This document shows positions 7,877 through 17,689 of a DNA stretch of 64,000 nt, piece after piece (the stretch's first letter is position 1; every line of letters begins with the position of its first letter). Both the position numbers and the translations under genes were made by a program. The notes below the pieces were generated by a model that was given only the letters and a program-made list of their open reading frames with translations, did no database searches and had not been told where the DNA came from. This DNA is from an uncultured Acidobacteriota bacterium (lineage in GTDB: Bacteria; Acidobacteriota; Terriglobia; Bryobacterales; UBA6623), in the NCBI GenBank assembly GCA_963817465.1, contig CAWFOP010000022.1, forward strand, positions 586,152-650,151, written 5' to 3'.

Positions 7877-9297
7877 ATTTGACGATGGAGCAAGTCGCGG
7901 GCGCGATCGACGCCGCGCCGCGCAGCAGGCCGTCGTCGAAAGTCGCGGGCTATTCGATCGACTCGCGCACGATCGGCGCGGGCGAGTTGTTTTTCGCGAT
8001 TCGCGCCGAGCGCGACGGGCATGAGTTCGTCGCCGACGCGTTGAGCAAGGGCGCCGCGGCCGCTGTGGTCGCCGCTGACTGGACCGGGAACATCGATGAG
8101 CGGCGCCTGTTGCGGGTGGATGATCCTCAGGCGGCGCTCGGGCGGCTCGGAAACTTCGCGCGTCGCCGCTGGGGCGGGCGCGTGTTGGCGGTGACGGGCT
8201 CGAACGGCAAGACGACGACGAAAGAGATCTGCGCGGCGTGTCTGAGCGTCGGGTTCAAGACAGCGAAGACGGTCGGGAATCTGAACAACGAGCTGGGCGT
8301 GCCGTTGACGCTGTTGCGCATGGACGAGACCGCCGAGGTTGCGGTCGTCGAGATGGGTATGAACCACGCGGGCGAGATTCGGCGGCTGGCGCGGATCGCC
8401 GAGCCGAACGCCGGCGTGGTCACCAACGTGAGCTTCGCGCATGTGGGCGCTTTCGATTCGGTCGAAGGAGTCGCGGCGGCGAAGCGCGAGCTGATCGAAG
8501 AATTGAGCTCGGAAGGAACGGCGATTCTCAACGCGGACGACGCGCGCGTGGCCGGCTTCACGGCGGCGCACCAAGGGCCGTCGGTGACCTTTGGAGTCAG
8601 CAACGACGCTGACTTTCGCGCGCGTGATCTGCGCGCCGAGACTTCGGGCGGCCAGTCGTTCGAGTTGACGCGGAAGGGCCAGCCGGGCTTCAGGATTTCA
8701 ACGCGGTTGGCAGGACGTCACAATGTGTCGAATGTGCTGGCCGGCGTGGCGGCGAGCTCGGTTTTTGGGATCTCAGCGGAGCGCCTGATCGCAGCGATCG
8801 CGGAGATCGAAGCCGGCGCGCGGCGCGGACGGACCCTGCGGCGCGGCGGCGTCGAGGTGATCGACGATTGCTATAACGCCAATCCGGCCGCGATGGAGGC
8901 GATGCTGGCCGAGTTGGCGTCGCGCAAGGCCGACCGGCGGGTCGCGGTACTGGGGGAGATGCGCGAGTTGGGCGCGTTCTCCGAAGATCTGCACCGCAAA
9001 GTCGGAGCGGCCGTCTTACGCCTGGGCGTCGACCTGTTGGTCGCGGTCGGCGGCGATGCCCGCTTCATCGTAGAAGAGGCGACAGCTCGCGGTCTGGCGC
9101 CGGCGAACGCGTTGTTCTTCGTGGAGGCTCCGGCGGCGGGCGCGGCGCTGCGAGATCTGCTGACGGCGGGCGATGTCGTGCTGTTCAAGGGCTCGCGCGG
9201 CGTGGCGCTCGAACGGGCGCTGGAGCGCGCGCTGCCGGCCGAAGCCGAGCCACAGCCGGGCGAAAGCCAAGCTGCTCTGGCGGGGAGGAAGGGCTGA
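7873..9297 (+). CDS. murF: UDP-N-acetylmuramoyl-tripeptide--D-alanyl-D-alanine ligase
   Basis: 474 aa. GSNGKTTT motif and Mur ligase architecture. 4-nt overlap with murE. Confidence 0.95.
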   Translation: MNLTMEQVAGAIDAAPRSRPSSKVAGYSIDSRTIGAGELFFAIRAERDGHEFVADALSKGAAAAVVAADWTGNIDERRLLRVDDPQAALGRLGNFARRRWGGRVLAVTGSNGKTTTKEICAACLSVGFKTAKTVGNLNNELGVPLTLLRMDETAEVAVVEMGMNHAGEIRRLARIAEPNAGVVTNVSFAHVGAFDSVEGVAAAKRELIEELSSEGTAILNADDARVAGFTAAHQGPSVTFGVSNDADFRARDLRAETSGGQSFELTRKGQPGFRISTRLAGRHNVSNVLAGVAASSVFGISAERLIAAIAEIEAGARRGRTLRRGGVEVIDDCYNANPAAMEAMLAELASRKADRRVAVLGEMRELGAFSEDLHRKVGAAVLRLGVDLLVAVGGDARFIVEEATARGLAPANALFFVEAPAAGAALRDLLTAGDVVLFKGSRGVALERALERALPAEAEPQPGESQAALAGRKG

Positions 9298-9298
9298 A

Positions 9299-10432
9299 AT
9301 GCTCTACCACCTTTTCTACGAGCAGCTCTTCCCGATGTTCAGTCCCTTCCGGGTGTTCAGCTACATCACGGTGCGGACGGCGTTCGCCAGCTTGACGGCG
9401 CTAGCGTTGGGTTTGGCGCTGGGGCCCTGGCTGATCAGCAAGCTGCGCGAGTTTCAGATCGGACAGCACATTCGCGAAGACGGGCCGCAGTCGCATCTGG
9501 CCAAGGCCGGTACGCCGACGATGGGCGGGCTGCTGATCAACGTCTCGATCGTCTTGCCGACCTTGCTTTGGGCCGACCTGCGGAACATCTATATCTGGAT
9601 TGCGCTGTTTGCGCTGGTCGGCTTCGGCGCGATCGGGTTTCTCGACGATCTAATGAAGATCCGCCGCGGACGGAATCTGGGGCTGACGGCGTGGACCAAG
9701 ATGGGCCTGCAGATCTTGATGACGCTGGCGATCGGTTCGGCGCTGGCGTGGCTGTATCTGCATGGGCAATACGACCCTGCGCTGGTCGTGCCGTTTTTCA
9801 AGAGCGTGCGCCCGGATCTGGTTTTCGAGTCCATGTTGTCGACGCCGTGGACCTATCCGCTTGCGTTCTCGGCGTTCTTCTTCTTCCTATTCCTGGTGTT
9901 GGCGGGATCGTCGAACGCGGTGAATCTGACCGACGGCCTCGACGGGCTCGCCGGCGGGCTGACGGTGATTGCCGCGGGCGCGCTGACGGTACTTTGCTAC
10001 GTGGCCGGTCACCGCGAGATCGCCACGTACCTCGACATCGCACGCGTGCCGCAGGCGGCCGAGCTGACGATCTTCTCGGGCTCGATGGTGGGCGCGACGC
10101 TGGCCTTTCTTTGGTACAACGCGCACCCGGCGGACATCTTCATGGGCGACGTCGGGTCGTTGGCCCTGGGCGGCGGAATGGCGGCGCTGGCGATCTTGAT
10201 CAAGCAAGAGATTCTGCTGCTGTTCGTGGCGGGCGTTTTCGTGGCCGAGGCGGCGAGCGTGATCTTGCAGGTCGGCAGCTTCAAGCTGCGCGGCAAGCGC
10301 ATCTTTCGCATGGCGCCGCTGCACCACCACTTCGAGCAGTTGGGCTGGCCGGAGTCGAAGGTGATCGTCCGGTTTTGGATTGCGGGTTTGGTGTGGGCGC
10401 TGCTGGCGTTGAGCACGCTGAAGCTGAGATGA
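9299..10432 (+). CDS. mraY: phospho-N-acetylmuramoyl-pentapeptide-transferase
   Basis: ATG 9299 lies immediately after the murF stop (9295-9297). MLYHLFYEQLF..., NLTDGLDGLA, HHHFE; multi-TM. The ORF-track extension back to 9173 overlaps murF and is discounted. Confidence 0.93.
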   Translation: MLYHLFYEQLFPMFSPFRVFSYITVRTAFASLTALALGLALGPWLISKLREFQIGQHIREDGPQSHLAKAGTPTMGGLLINVSIVLPTLLWADLRNIYIWIALFALVGFGAIGFLDDLMKIRRGRNLGLTAWTKMGLQILMTLAIGSALAWLYLHGQYDPALVVPFFKSVRPDLVFESMLSTPWTYPLAFSAFFFFLFLVLAGSSNAVNLTDGLDGLAGGLTVIAAGALTVLCYVAGHREIATYLDIARVPQAAELTIFSGSMVGATLAFLWYNAHPADIFMGDVGSLALGGGMAALAILIKQEILLLFVAGVFVAEAASVILQVGSFKLRGKRIFRMAPLHHHFEQLGWPESKVIVRFWIAGLVWALLALSTLKLR

Positions 10433-11766
10433 GCGGGTACGAAAACAAGCGGGTGCTGGTGGTCGGGCTGGGCGAGTCCGGCAAGGCCGCGGCGCGCTTT
10501 TTCGCGGCCCGCGGCGCGCGTGTCGTCCTCAATGACGCACGCCACGCTGACGATTTGAAGGAGACGGTCGAGGAGTTGGGCGGCCTGGGGGTCGCCTTCG
10601 AGCTCGGCGGGCACCCCGAGGGGTTGTTCCGCGAGCAAGACCTGATCGTTCCTTCTCCTGGAGTTCCCTGGGATCTGCCTCTTCTCCAATCGGCTCGGAA
10701 GGAGGGAATTTCCGTCGCGGGGGAGCTGGAGGCGGCTTCCAGGGAGCTTTTGGGAAAGATCGTCGGCATCACGGGCGCCAACGGCAAGACGACGACGACG
10801 GCGCTGGTGGGCCATATCTTCGAGTGCGCCGGTATGACAGTGCAGGTGGGCGGCAACATCGGCAGGCCGGTGCTGAGCTTGGTCGACAGCTCGACGCCGG
10901 CGACGTGGAACGTGCTCGAGCTGTCGAGCTTTCAGCTCGAGGCGATGCAGTCGTTTCGCTGCAACGTGGCGGCGGTGCTCAATGTGACGCCCGATCATCT
11001 GGATCGGCATCACGACATGGCGACTTACGTCGCAGCCAAGGCTCGCATCCTCGCGCCGCAGCAGGCGGGCGACACGGCGGTGCTCAACTACGACAACGAG
11101 ATCTGCCGCGGATATGCGTCGGCGGTGAAGGGGACGACGGTTTGGTTCAGCCGGACCCGCGCGCTGGACGAGGGCGTCTGGGTCGACGACGGCTGGATCG
11201 TGAGCGACGGACGCCGAATCGCGACGACGGACTTGCCGATTCGCGGCGCGCACAATCTGGAAAACGCGCTGGCCGCCGTCGCCGCGGCCGCGGCCGCGAA
11301 AGTCCCGGACGAGGCGATCGCCAAGGGCCTGTCGACGTTTCATCCCGTCGAGCATCGGCTCGAGCTCGTGCGCACGCTCGACGGCGTGGCCTATTACAAC
11401 GACTCGAAGGCGACGAACGTCGATGCGGCGGTCAAGGCTGTCGAGTCGTTCGAGTCGGGGCTCTGGCTGATCTTGGGCGGCCGCGACAAGGGCAGCGACT
11501 ACACGGCGCTGCTCGCGCCGATGAAGGGCCGCGTGAAGCGCGTGCTGCTGATCGGCGAGGCGGCGGAGCTGATCGCCGGTCAACTCGATCACCAGATCGA
11601 TATGGAAGATTGCGGCACGCTCGAAGCCGCGGTCGAGCTGGCGCGCCGCGAGGCCGCACAAGCAGATACGGTGCTGCTGGCGCCGGCCTGCGCCAGCTTC
11701 GACCAGTTCGCTGACTACGGCCATCGCGGCCGCGAATTCAAACGCATCGTCGGGGAGTTGAGGTAG
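10429..11766 (+). CDS. murD: UDP-N-acetylmuramoylalanine--D-glutamate ligase
   Basis: ATG 10429 overlaps the mraY stop (ATGA). VVGLGESGKA and GANGKTTT motifs. The long upstream ORF-track extension (9568-) is out of context. Confidence 0.93.
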   Translation: MSGYENKRVLVVGLGESGKAAARFFAARGARVVLNDARHADDLKETVEELGGLGVAFELGGHPEGLFREQDLIVPSPGVPWDLPLLQSARKEGISVAGELEAASRELLGKIVGITGANGKTTTTALVGHIFECAGMTVQVGGNIGRPVLSLVDSSTPATWNVLELSSFQLEAMQSFRCNVAAVLNVTPDHLDRHHDMATYVAAKARILAPQQAGDTAVLNYDNEICRGYASAVKGTTVWFSRTRALDEGVWVDDGWIVSDGRRIATTDLPIRGAHNLENALAAVAAAAAAKVPDEAIAKGLSTFHPVEHRLELVRTLDGVAYYNDSKATNVDAAVKAVESFESGLWLILGGRDKGSDYTALLAPMKGRVKRVLLIGEAAELIAGQLDHQIDMEDCGTLEAAVELARREAAQADTVLLAPACASFDQFADYGHRGREFKRIVGELR

Positions 11767-11772
11767 GAGAAC

Positions 11773-12849
11773 ATGCCGCGCCAACTCGAACATGACCGCC
11801 TGCTGGCGACCGTTGTCTTGGGACTGACCTTCTTTGGGCTGCTGATGGTCTTCAGCGTGACCACGGCGGACATCGACGGCAGCCCGGTTCTGGTGATCAA
11901 GCAATTGGTCGCCGCGGCCGTGGGCCTGACGGCGATGCGGTATTTGATGTTTCACGACTACCGCGAATGGCGCAACCAGCGTACGGTGTTCATCTGCCTC
12001 GGGACGGCGGTGATCCTTTTGATCGTGGCGCTGCTGTTCGGGTCGGGCGCGAACACGAGCCGGTTCCTGCGTTTTGGGAAGGTGTCGCTGCAGCCGTCGG
12101 AGCTGGCCAAGCCGGCGCTGATCCTGTTCTTGGCCTACTTTCTCGAGACGCGGCGGAAGAAAATCGGCGACTTGCGTTCGATCGGCGGGGCGTTTCTGGT
12201 GGTGGCGGTGCTGTCGGCGTTGATCTTGGCCGGCCGGGACCTCGGCACGGCGATAGCTCTGGCGCTGATCGCGGCGGCGATTTTGTGGGCGGCCGGGCTG
12301 CCGGTGCGCTACTTCGCCGCGGGCGCGGGAGCGTTGGTCGCCTTCGTGGGATTCGCCGTCTGGATCGATCCGTTTCGGATGCAGCGGTTGCTGACGTTCC
12401 TGAACCCGGAGGCCGATCCTCAGGGAGCAGGCTTCCAAATCATGCAGTCGAAGATCGCGGTCGGCAGCGGCGGGTGGCTGGGACAGGGCTTCATGTTGGG
12501 CCGCCAGAAGCTGCGCTTTCTGCCCGAGGCTCACACGGATTTCATCTTCGCCGTAATCGGCGAGGAGTTGGGTTTGATTGGCTGCACGCTGGTGGTGATC
12601 GCGTTCGGCGTTTTGATGTGGCGCGGCGTCTTGGCGGCGATGCGGGCGCAGGACGATTTCGGCTGCTATCTGGCGACCGGCGTCACGGCGATGATCGCGT
12701 CGCAGGCGATGATCAACCTCGGCGTCGTGTTGGCGTTGCTGCCGACGAAGGGAATGCCGCTGCCGTTCATCAGCTACGGCGGCACTTCGATGATGGTTTG
12801 TTTGGCTTCGGCGGGTCTATTGTTGAATGTCAGCCAGCGCGCACAGTAG
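11773..12849 (+). CDS. ftsW: peptidoglycan glycosyltransferase FtsW (SEDS family)
   Basis: 358 aa, multi-TM. Conserved ...PEAHTDFIFAVIGEELG... SEDS block. dcw position. Confidence 0.93.
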   Translation: MPRQLEHDRLLATVVLGLTFFGLLMVFSVTTADIDGSPVLVIKQLVAAAVGLTAMRYLMFHDYREWRNQRTVFICLGTAVILLIVALLFGSGANTSRFLRFGKVSLQPSELAKPALILFLAYFLETRRKKIGDLRSIGGAFLVVAVLSALILAGRDLGTAIALALIAAAILWAAGLPVRYFAAGAGALVAFVGFAVWIDPFRMQRLLTFLNPEADPQGAGFQIMQSKIAVGSGGWLGQGFMLGRQKLRFLPEAHTDFIFAVIGEELGLIGCTLVVIAFGVLMWRGVLAAMRAQDDFGCYLATGVTAMIASQAMINLGVVLALLPTKGMPLPFISYGGTSMMVCLASAGLLLNVSQRAQ

Positions 12850-14068
12850 ATCGGATTCGCAAAAGGCTTCGCTTGCCGAGAGCTTGGCGGCGGCGTTCGC
12901 CTACGTCGTCGATCAAGAGGCGGAGCCCGGCGAGGCGCGCGCGGATGCGGCGGGAAACGTGGGTCGGTTGTTTCTGATAGCGGCGGGCGGGACCGGCGGC
13001 CATGTGCTGCCGGCGATCGAGGTGGCGCGCGAGTTGCGCCGCCGCGGGCACCAGTGCCTCTTCGTGGGCGCCGGTCGCGGCATGGAACGGCGCCTGACCG
13101 CGCAGGCCGGCTTCGAGATCGAGGTGATCCCGATCGGGCCGCTCAATCGCGTTTCTATATGGACGAAGCTGAAGACCCTGACATCTCTGCCTCAGGCGCT
13201 GACGCGAGCCTCGCGGCTGATCGCCCGGCTGAAGCCCGCGGCGGTGCTCAGCGTCGGCGGTTACGCCTCGGGGCCGTTGGCGCTGGCGGCGATCCTGCAC
13301 GACACTCCGCTGGTGGCGCTCGAGCCGAACGCCTATCCCGGGCTCGCCAATCGGCTGGCAAGTCGATGGGCGGCCCGCGCGCTCACGGGCTTCGGCGACG
13401 CCGGCCGCTACTTCCCCGCAGGCCGCTCGGTGAGCATCGGTACGCCGGTGAGACAGGAGTTTTTCGCTCCGGTCAAGCAAAAACATTCCGAAACGTTTAT
13501 GATTTTGATAACCGGCGGGAGCCAAGGCTCTCGCACGCTCAACCGCGCTGCCGTGGAAGCGGCGCGGATTTGGGCCGAGGACGGTACGGCGGCTGGATTG
13601 AAGCTTCTGCATCAGACCGGGCGAGACCAATACAATGAAGTGCGATCGGAGTACGAGCTGCTCCGCGAGCGCACCGGCTTCGAGGTCGAGGCTGTCGAGT
13701 TCATCGACGAAATGCCGCAGGCCTTCGGCCGCGCTGATCTGGTCATCTCACGTTCGGGAGCCTCGACGGTCGCCGAACTGGCCGCCGCCGGCAAGCCGTC
13801 CATCTTGATTCCGTTCCCGTTCGCCGCCGACGATCACCAGGCGAAGAACGCCGCCGCAATCGAAGCGGCGGGCGCAGCGCGGGTGTTCAAGGACGCGGAT
13901 TGGACGGGCGAGACGATGGCGCGAGAGATCGAACAATTGCGTGCGACCCCAGGAGTCCTCGAGAGCATGGCCCGCGCGGCGCACAGCGTCGCGCGGCCGG
14001 ACGCCGCGAACAGAGCCGCCGACGTGTTGGAACAAGTCGCCTTGGCGGGCGGCGGGAAGAGGACATAG
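12827..14068 (+). CDS. murG: UDP-N-acetylglucosamine--N-acetylmuramyl-(pentapeptide) pyrophosphoryl-undecaprenol GlcNAc transferase
   Basis: GGTGGHVLPA G-loop and GASTVAEL. ATG 12827 overlaps the ftsW end and gives a ~45-aa N-terminal extension. Alternative in-frame GTG at 12959. Confidence 0.9.
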   Translation: MSASAHSRSDSQKASLAESLAAAFAYVVDQEAEPGEARADAAGNVGRLFLIAAGGTGGHVLPAIEVARELRRRGHQCLFVGAGRGMERRLTAQAGFEIEVIPIGPLNRVSIWTKLKTLTSLPQALTRASRLIARLKPAAVLSVGGYASGPLALAAILHDTPLVALEPNAYPGLANRLASRWAARALTGFGDAGRYFPAGRSVSIGTPVRQEFFAPVKQKHSETFMILITGGSQGSRTLNRAAVEAARIWAEDGTAAGLKLLHQTGRDQYNEVRSEYELLRERTGFEVEAVEFIDEMPQAFGRADLVISRSGASTVAELAAAGKPSILIPFPFAADDHQAKNAAAIEAAGAARVFKDADWTGETMAREIEQLRATPGVLESMARAAHSVARPDAANRAADVLEQVALAGGGKRT

Positions 14069-14071
14069 CAC

Positions 14072-15499
14072 GTGCTGTTCAAGGAAGAGGCTCTCGTCAA
14101 ACAACGCCGGATTCACTTCATTGGGATCGGCGGCATCGGCATGAGCGGGATTGCGGAGATCCTGCTCAACCTGGGTTATCGCATCAGCGGCTCGGACCTG
14201 CGGCGCTCGCCGATCACGGATCGGCTGGCGAAGATGGGCGCGACGATTTTTGAAGGTCATGCGGCGGAGCACATTGGCGGCGCGGACGCGATTGTGTATT
14301 CGTCGGCGATCGCGAAGGCCAACCCGGAGTTCGCGGCGGCCAAGGCGAAGGGCGTCCCCACGATCATGCGCGGCGAGCTGCTGGCGGAGCTGATGCGCCT
14401 CAAATACGGCATCGCCATCGCGGGCAGCCACGGCAAGACGACCACCACGTCGATGACGGCGGCGGTGCTGCACGGCGCCGCCAAGGACCCCACCGTGGTG
14501 GTCGGCGGGCGCGTCGGCTCGCTGGGGTCGAACGCCCGGCTGGGCAAGAGCGACTTGCTGCTGGTGGAGGCCGACGAGAGCGACGGCTCGTTCCTGCGGC
14601 TCGCGCCGATCATCGCCGTGATCACCAACGTCGACCGCGAGCACATGAACCACTACGAGTCGTTCGATGCGCTCAAGGCGGCGTTCCTCGAGTTCGCGAA
14701 CAAGACGCCGTTCTACGGCGCGGCGATCTTGTGTCTGGACGATCCGGTTTTGCGCGAGCTGGCGCCGCGGATCGAGCGGCCGCTGCGAACCTACGGGTTT
14801 GAAGAGACTTCGCCGGACGCGGATCTGGTGATTCACGACGTGCGCTGCGGGCACTTGGCGAGCCGCTTCGAGCTGCGCTTGCGCGGCAAGGAGCTGGGGG
14901 AGTTCGAGGTGGCGGGCGTCGGGCGTCACAACGTCGCGAACGCGGCGGCGGCGGCGCTGGTGGGCCTCGAGCTCGATGCGTCGGCGGACCAGGTGCGCGA
15001 AGGGTTGCGAAGCTTCAGCGGCGTCGACCGACGATTTCAGATTCGCGGCGAGCGCGGCGGCGTGACGGTGATCGACGACTACGGCCATCACCCAACCGAG
15101 ATCAAGGCGACCCTGGCCGCGGCGCGCAACTGTGACTTTGGGCGCGTGCTGGTGATCTTCCAGCCGCACCGCTACAGCCGCACGCAGGAGCTTGCCGGCG
15201 ACTTCGCCGGCGCGTTCAACGACTGCGACCGGCTGTGGGTGGTGGACGTGTATTCGGCGGGCGAAGAACCGTTGCCGGGCGTCAACAGCGTGACGCTGAC
15301 CGAGCGCATTCAAGCGCGGACGACAACGCAAGCTTCGTACTCGGAGTCCGTCGAGGCGGCGGTGGAGGCGGCGACGGCTGCGGCGCGGCCGGGCGACGTG
15401 ATCATCACGCTCGGGGCGGGGACGATCTGGCGCGCGGGGGACTCGATCTTGAGCGTGCTCGAAGCGCGAGCGGGGAAGACGGCGCCGGCCAACGGATAG
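14072..15499 (+). CDS. murC: UDP-N-acetylmuramate--L-alanine ligase
   Basis: 475 aa. IHFIGIGGIGMSGIA and GSHGKTTTT motifs. GTG start 3 nt after the murG stop. Confidence 0.95.
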   Translation: MLFKEEALVKQRRIHFIGIGGIGMSGIAEILLNLGYRISGSDLRRSPITDRLAKMGATIFEGHAAEHIGGADAIVYSSAIAKANPEFAAAKAKGVPTIMRGELLAELMRLKYGIAIAGSHGKTTTTSMTAAVLHGAAKDPTVVVGGRVGSLGSNARLGKSDLLLVEADESDGSFLRLAPIIAVITNVDREHMNHYESFDALKAAFLEFANKTPFYGAAILCLDDPVLRELAPRIERPLRTYGFEETSPDADLVIHDVRCGHLASRFELRLRGKELGEFEVAGVGRHNVANAAAAALVGLELDASADQVREGLRSFSGVDRRFQIRGERGGVTVIDDYGHHPTEIKATLAAARNCDFGRVLVIFQPHRYSRTQELAGDFAGAFNDCDRLWVVDVYSAGEEPLPGVNSVTLTERIQARTTTQASYSESVEAAVEAATAAARPGDVIITLGAGTIWRAGDSILSVLEARAGKTAPANG

Positions 15500-15502
15500 C
15501 CA

Positions 15503-16393
15503 GTGAGCGACGAGACGACAACGAAGCGGAGGCGAGCCGGCGACGACGCCGAGGCGTTTCAACGCCGTAAGCGACCCGTGCGCGTGCGCAAGGGCGTACA
15601 CGACTGGCGCAGTTGGCCCTGGCGCAAGGCGGCGATCGCCGCGGCGCTGACCGCAGGCTGCTTGAGCACGGTCTATGCGCTCGACGGCTATGTCGAGACG
15701 AGCGAGCGCTTTCGCTTTCCGTCGGACGGCTCGGGCTTGCTGGTGAGCGGCTTGCATCGTCTCGATCCCAAGATGGTGAGTTCCGTGTTCGAGTCCGATT
15801 TCGGTAAGCCGTTGGCCGCGGTGCAACTCGAAGAGCGGCGGCAAGCGCTGCTCCAGGAACCGTGGATTCGCAAGGCGACGATCGGGCGCCTCTGGCCCGA
15901 TCGCATCTGGGCGGACTTCGAGGAGCGCCGCCCCGTGGCGTTCGCGCGCGTGGAGGACGGCCGCAGCGTGCTAATCGACGGCGACGGCGTGCTGCTCGAC
16001 CCGCTGCCCGGCAAGCCGTTCGATTTGCCGGCGGTGACCGGGCTGCGCTCGGACATGGCGATCGAGCAGCGGGCGAAGCGAGTGCGCCTGGTCGAGCAAT
16101 TGATTCAAGATCTCGATTCGGCCGAACCGGCTTACAGCGCGATGTTGGGGCAGATCAACGTAGCCGACGCGGAGAACGTGAAAGCGACGACGGTGCACCA
16201 GGGCGACGTGATCGAGCTGCAGTTGGGCGACAAGCTGTTCCGCCATCGCCTCGAAGTGTTTCTCGAGTACATCGGGAGCTGGAAGGGGCAGTTTGGAAAG
16301 ATCGGATGGGTGGACTTGCGCTTCGAGGGCCAAGTCGTGATTCAGCCTGTGGGCGCGGCGCAGGGCGCCGAGCCGCACCGCCAGGGCTATTGA
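15503..16393 (+). CDS. ftsQ: cell division protein FtsQ (POTRA domain)
   Basis: 296 aa. Basic N-terminus, one TM (AAIAAALTAGCLSTVYAL), POTRA-like region. GTG start 3 nt after the murC stop. Positioned before ftsA. Confidence 0.85.
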   Translation: MSDETTTKRRRAGDDAEAFQRRKRPVRVRKGVHDWRSWPWRKAAIAAALTAGCLSTVYALDGYVETSERFRFPSDGSGLLVSGLHRLDPKMVSSVFESDFGKPLAAVQLEERRQALLQEPWIRKATIGRLWPDRIWADFEERRPVAFARVEDGRSVLIDGDGVLLDPLPGKPFDLPAVTGLRSDMAIEQRAKRVRLVEQLIQDLDSAEPAYSAMLGQINVADAENVKATTVHQGDVIELQLGDKLFRHRLEVFLEYIGSWKGQFGKIGWVDLRFEGQVVIQPVGAAQGAEPHRQGY

Positions 16394-16438
16394 TCGTTGA
16401 CGGTGTTGGACGAGTAAGGAGCCGAGCAAACAAACGCA

Positions 16439-17650
16439 ATGCCGCCGATTCAAGACTGTCTAGTCGGGCTCGATCTGGGAAGCAGCCGTACGCGCTGCAT
16501 CGCCGCGATCGAGGAAGACTCGCGGCTGCGCTTCATCAGCTACGGCGAGGCCCCGGTGAGCCGCAAAGGCTGGGAGAAGGGCGTCATCTCGGACCAGGAC
16601 CCGGTGCTCGAGTCGGTTGAGCAGGCGGTGGAAGAAGCCGAACGCAACGGCGGCGTACTGATCGACGCGGCCGTGGTCGGCATCGGCGGGCCGCACGTGA
16701 AGTCGAACGTCTCTCACGCATATCTCAACCTGCCGTCGTGGGAACAGACGATCGAGAAGAAACACGTGGACGAGGCGGTGAAGCTGGCTTCGCAAGGCCC
16801 GCTCAGCGAAGACCGCGTGGCGGTCCAGGCCGTTCCGCTGGAGTTTTCGGTCGACCAGCAGCCGGGCAAGCGGAATCCCTTGGGGATGAGCGGGCGACGA
16901 CTCGACGCGCACGTGCAAGTCGTATCGGCGCTGGCGCAGGCGCACGACAACATTTGCGCCGTGGTCAACCGCGCCGGCGTGCGCGTGGAAGACACCGTCT
17001 CCGAGGCTTTCGCGACGGCCTATGCGGTGCTCGAGGAGCAAGAGCGCGAGATGGGCGTCGCCGTCGCCGACCTGGGCGCGGACTCGATCGAGCTGCTGGT
17101 CTACCTGGACAACGATTTGCGGCTGGTCAGCAGCCTGCCCTACGGCGGCGAGCATTTCGCTCGCGACGTGGGCGCGGTGATGCGCACCCATCGCGACGAC
17201 GCCGAGCGGCTGGTTGAGCAGTACGGCTGCGTGCTGCCCGAACAGACTCCGGCGAATGTGACGGTCGCAGTGCCGCGGGTGAACGGCGAAGGGTTTTCGC
17301 AACAGCCGCGGCGACTTTTGAACGAAATCTTGCGGGCGCGAGCCGAAGAGATCTTCGAGCTCGCGCGCGCCGAGCTGAGCCGCAACGGATTTGAGAATCG
17401 GCTGGTCGCGGGAATTGTCCTGACGGGCTCGCTGGCCTGCCTGGCAGGCGCTTGCGACTTAGCCGAAGAAGTGTTGGAAACGAACGCGCGCATTGGGCTG
17501 CCCCCCCGGATCGAGGATCTGCCCGATGAGCTGGACCATCCGGGGTGGGCGACCGCAATCGGCCTTGTGCTCTATGCGCAACGGCTGCGTTTACACCAGA
17601 AGCGTCGGAAGGATCGCGTGACCGAGTGGCTGAAGGCGCTGTTTGATTAA
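16439..17650 (+). CDS. ftsA: cell division protein FtsA
   Basis: 403 aa actin-fold ATPase (VGLDLGSSRTRCI, VADLGADSIEL). Sits between ftsQ and ftsZ. Confidence 0.93.
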   Translation: MPPIQDCLVGLDLGSSRTRCIAAIEEDSRLRFISYGEAPVSRKGWEKGVISDQDPVLESVEQAVEEAERNGGVLIDAAVVGIGGPHVKSNVSHAYLNLPSWEQTIEKKHVDEAVKLASQGPLSEDRVAVQAVPLEFSVDQQPGKRNPLGMSGRRLDAHVQVVSALAQAHDNICAVVNRAGVRVEDTVSEAFATAYAVLEEQEREMGVAVADLGADSIELLVYLDNDLRLVSSLPYGGEHFARDVGAVMRTHRDDAERLVEQYGCVLPEQTPANVTVAVPRVNGEGFSQQPRRLLNEILRARAEEIFELARAELSRNGFENRLVAGIVLTGSLACLAGACDLAEEVLETNARIGLPPRIEDLPDELDHPGWATAIGLVLYAQRLRLHQKRRKDRVTEWLKALFD

Positions 17651-17689
17651 TGCGTGCTCAAGAAAACCCCGTGGAGGATCGCTGAACCC

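Noticed and set aside
9173-10428. The ORF-track N-terminal extensions of mraY (from 9173) and murD (from 9568).
   Set aside because: They overlap the preceding conserved genes in another frame. The canonical N-termini (MLYHLF…, MSGYENKRVLVVGLG…) start at ATGs that abut or overlap the upstream stop.
10009-12534. Very long antisense ORFs. Examples: 10009-12534(-) 841 aa, 13748-15844(-) 698 aa, 6152-7441(-), 54592-56352(-), 28327-29526(-), 38482-39486(-), 20148-21530(+) and 46168-47235(+).
   Set aside because: They lie opposite genes with unmistakable conserved motifs. They are Arg/Ala/Pro/Gly-rich with no recognisable domains. Such ORFs are expected by chance in ~65% GC DNA, where stop codons are rare.
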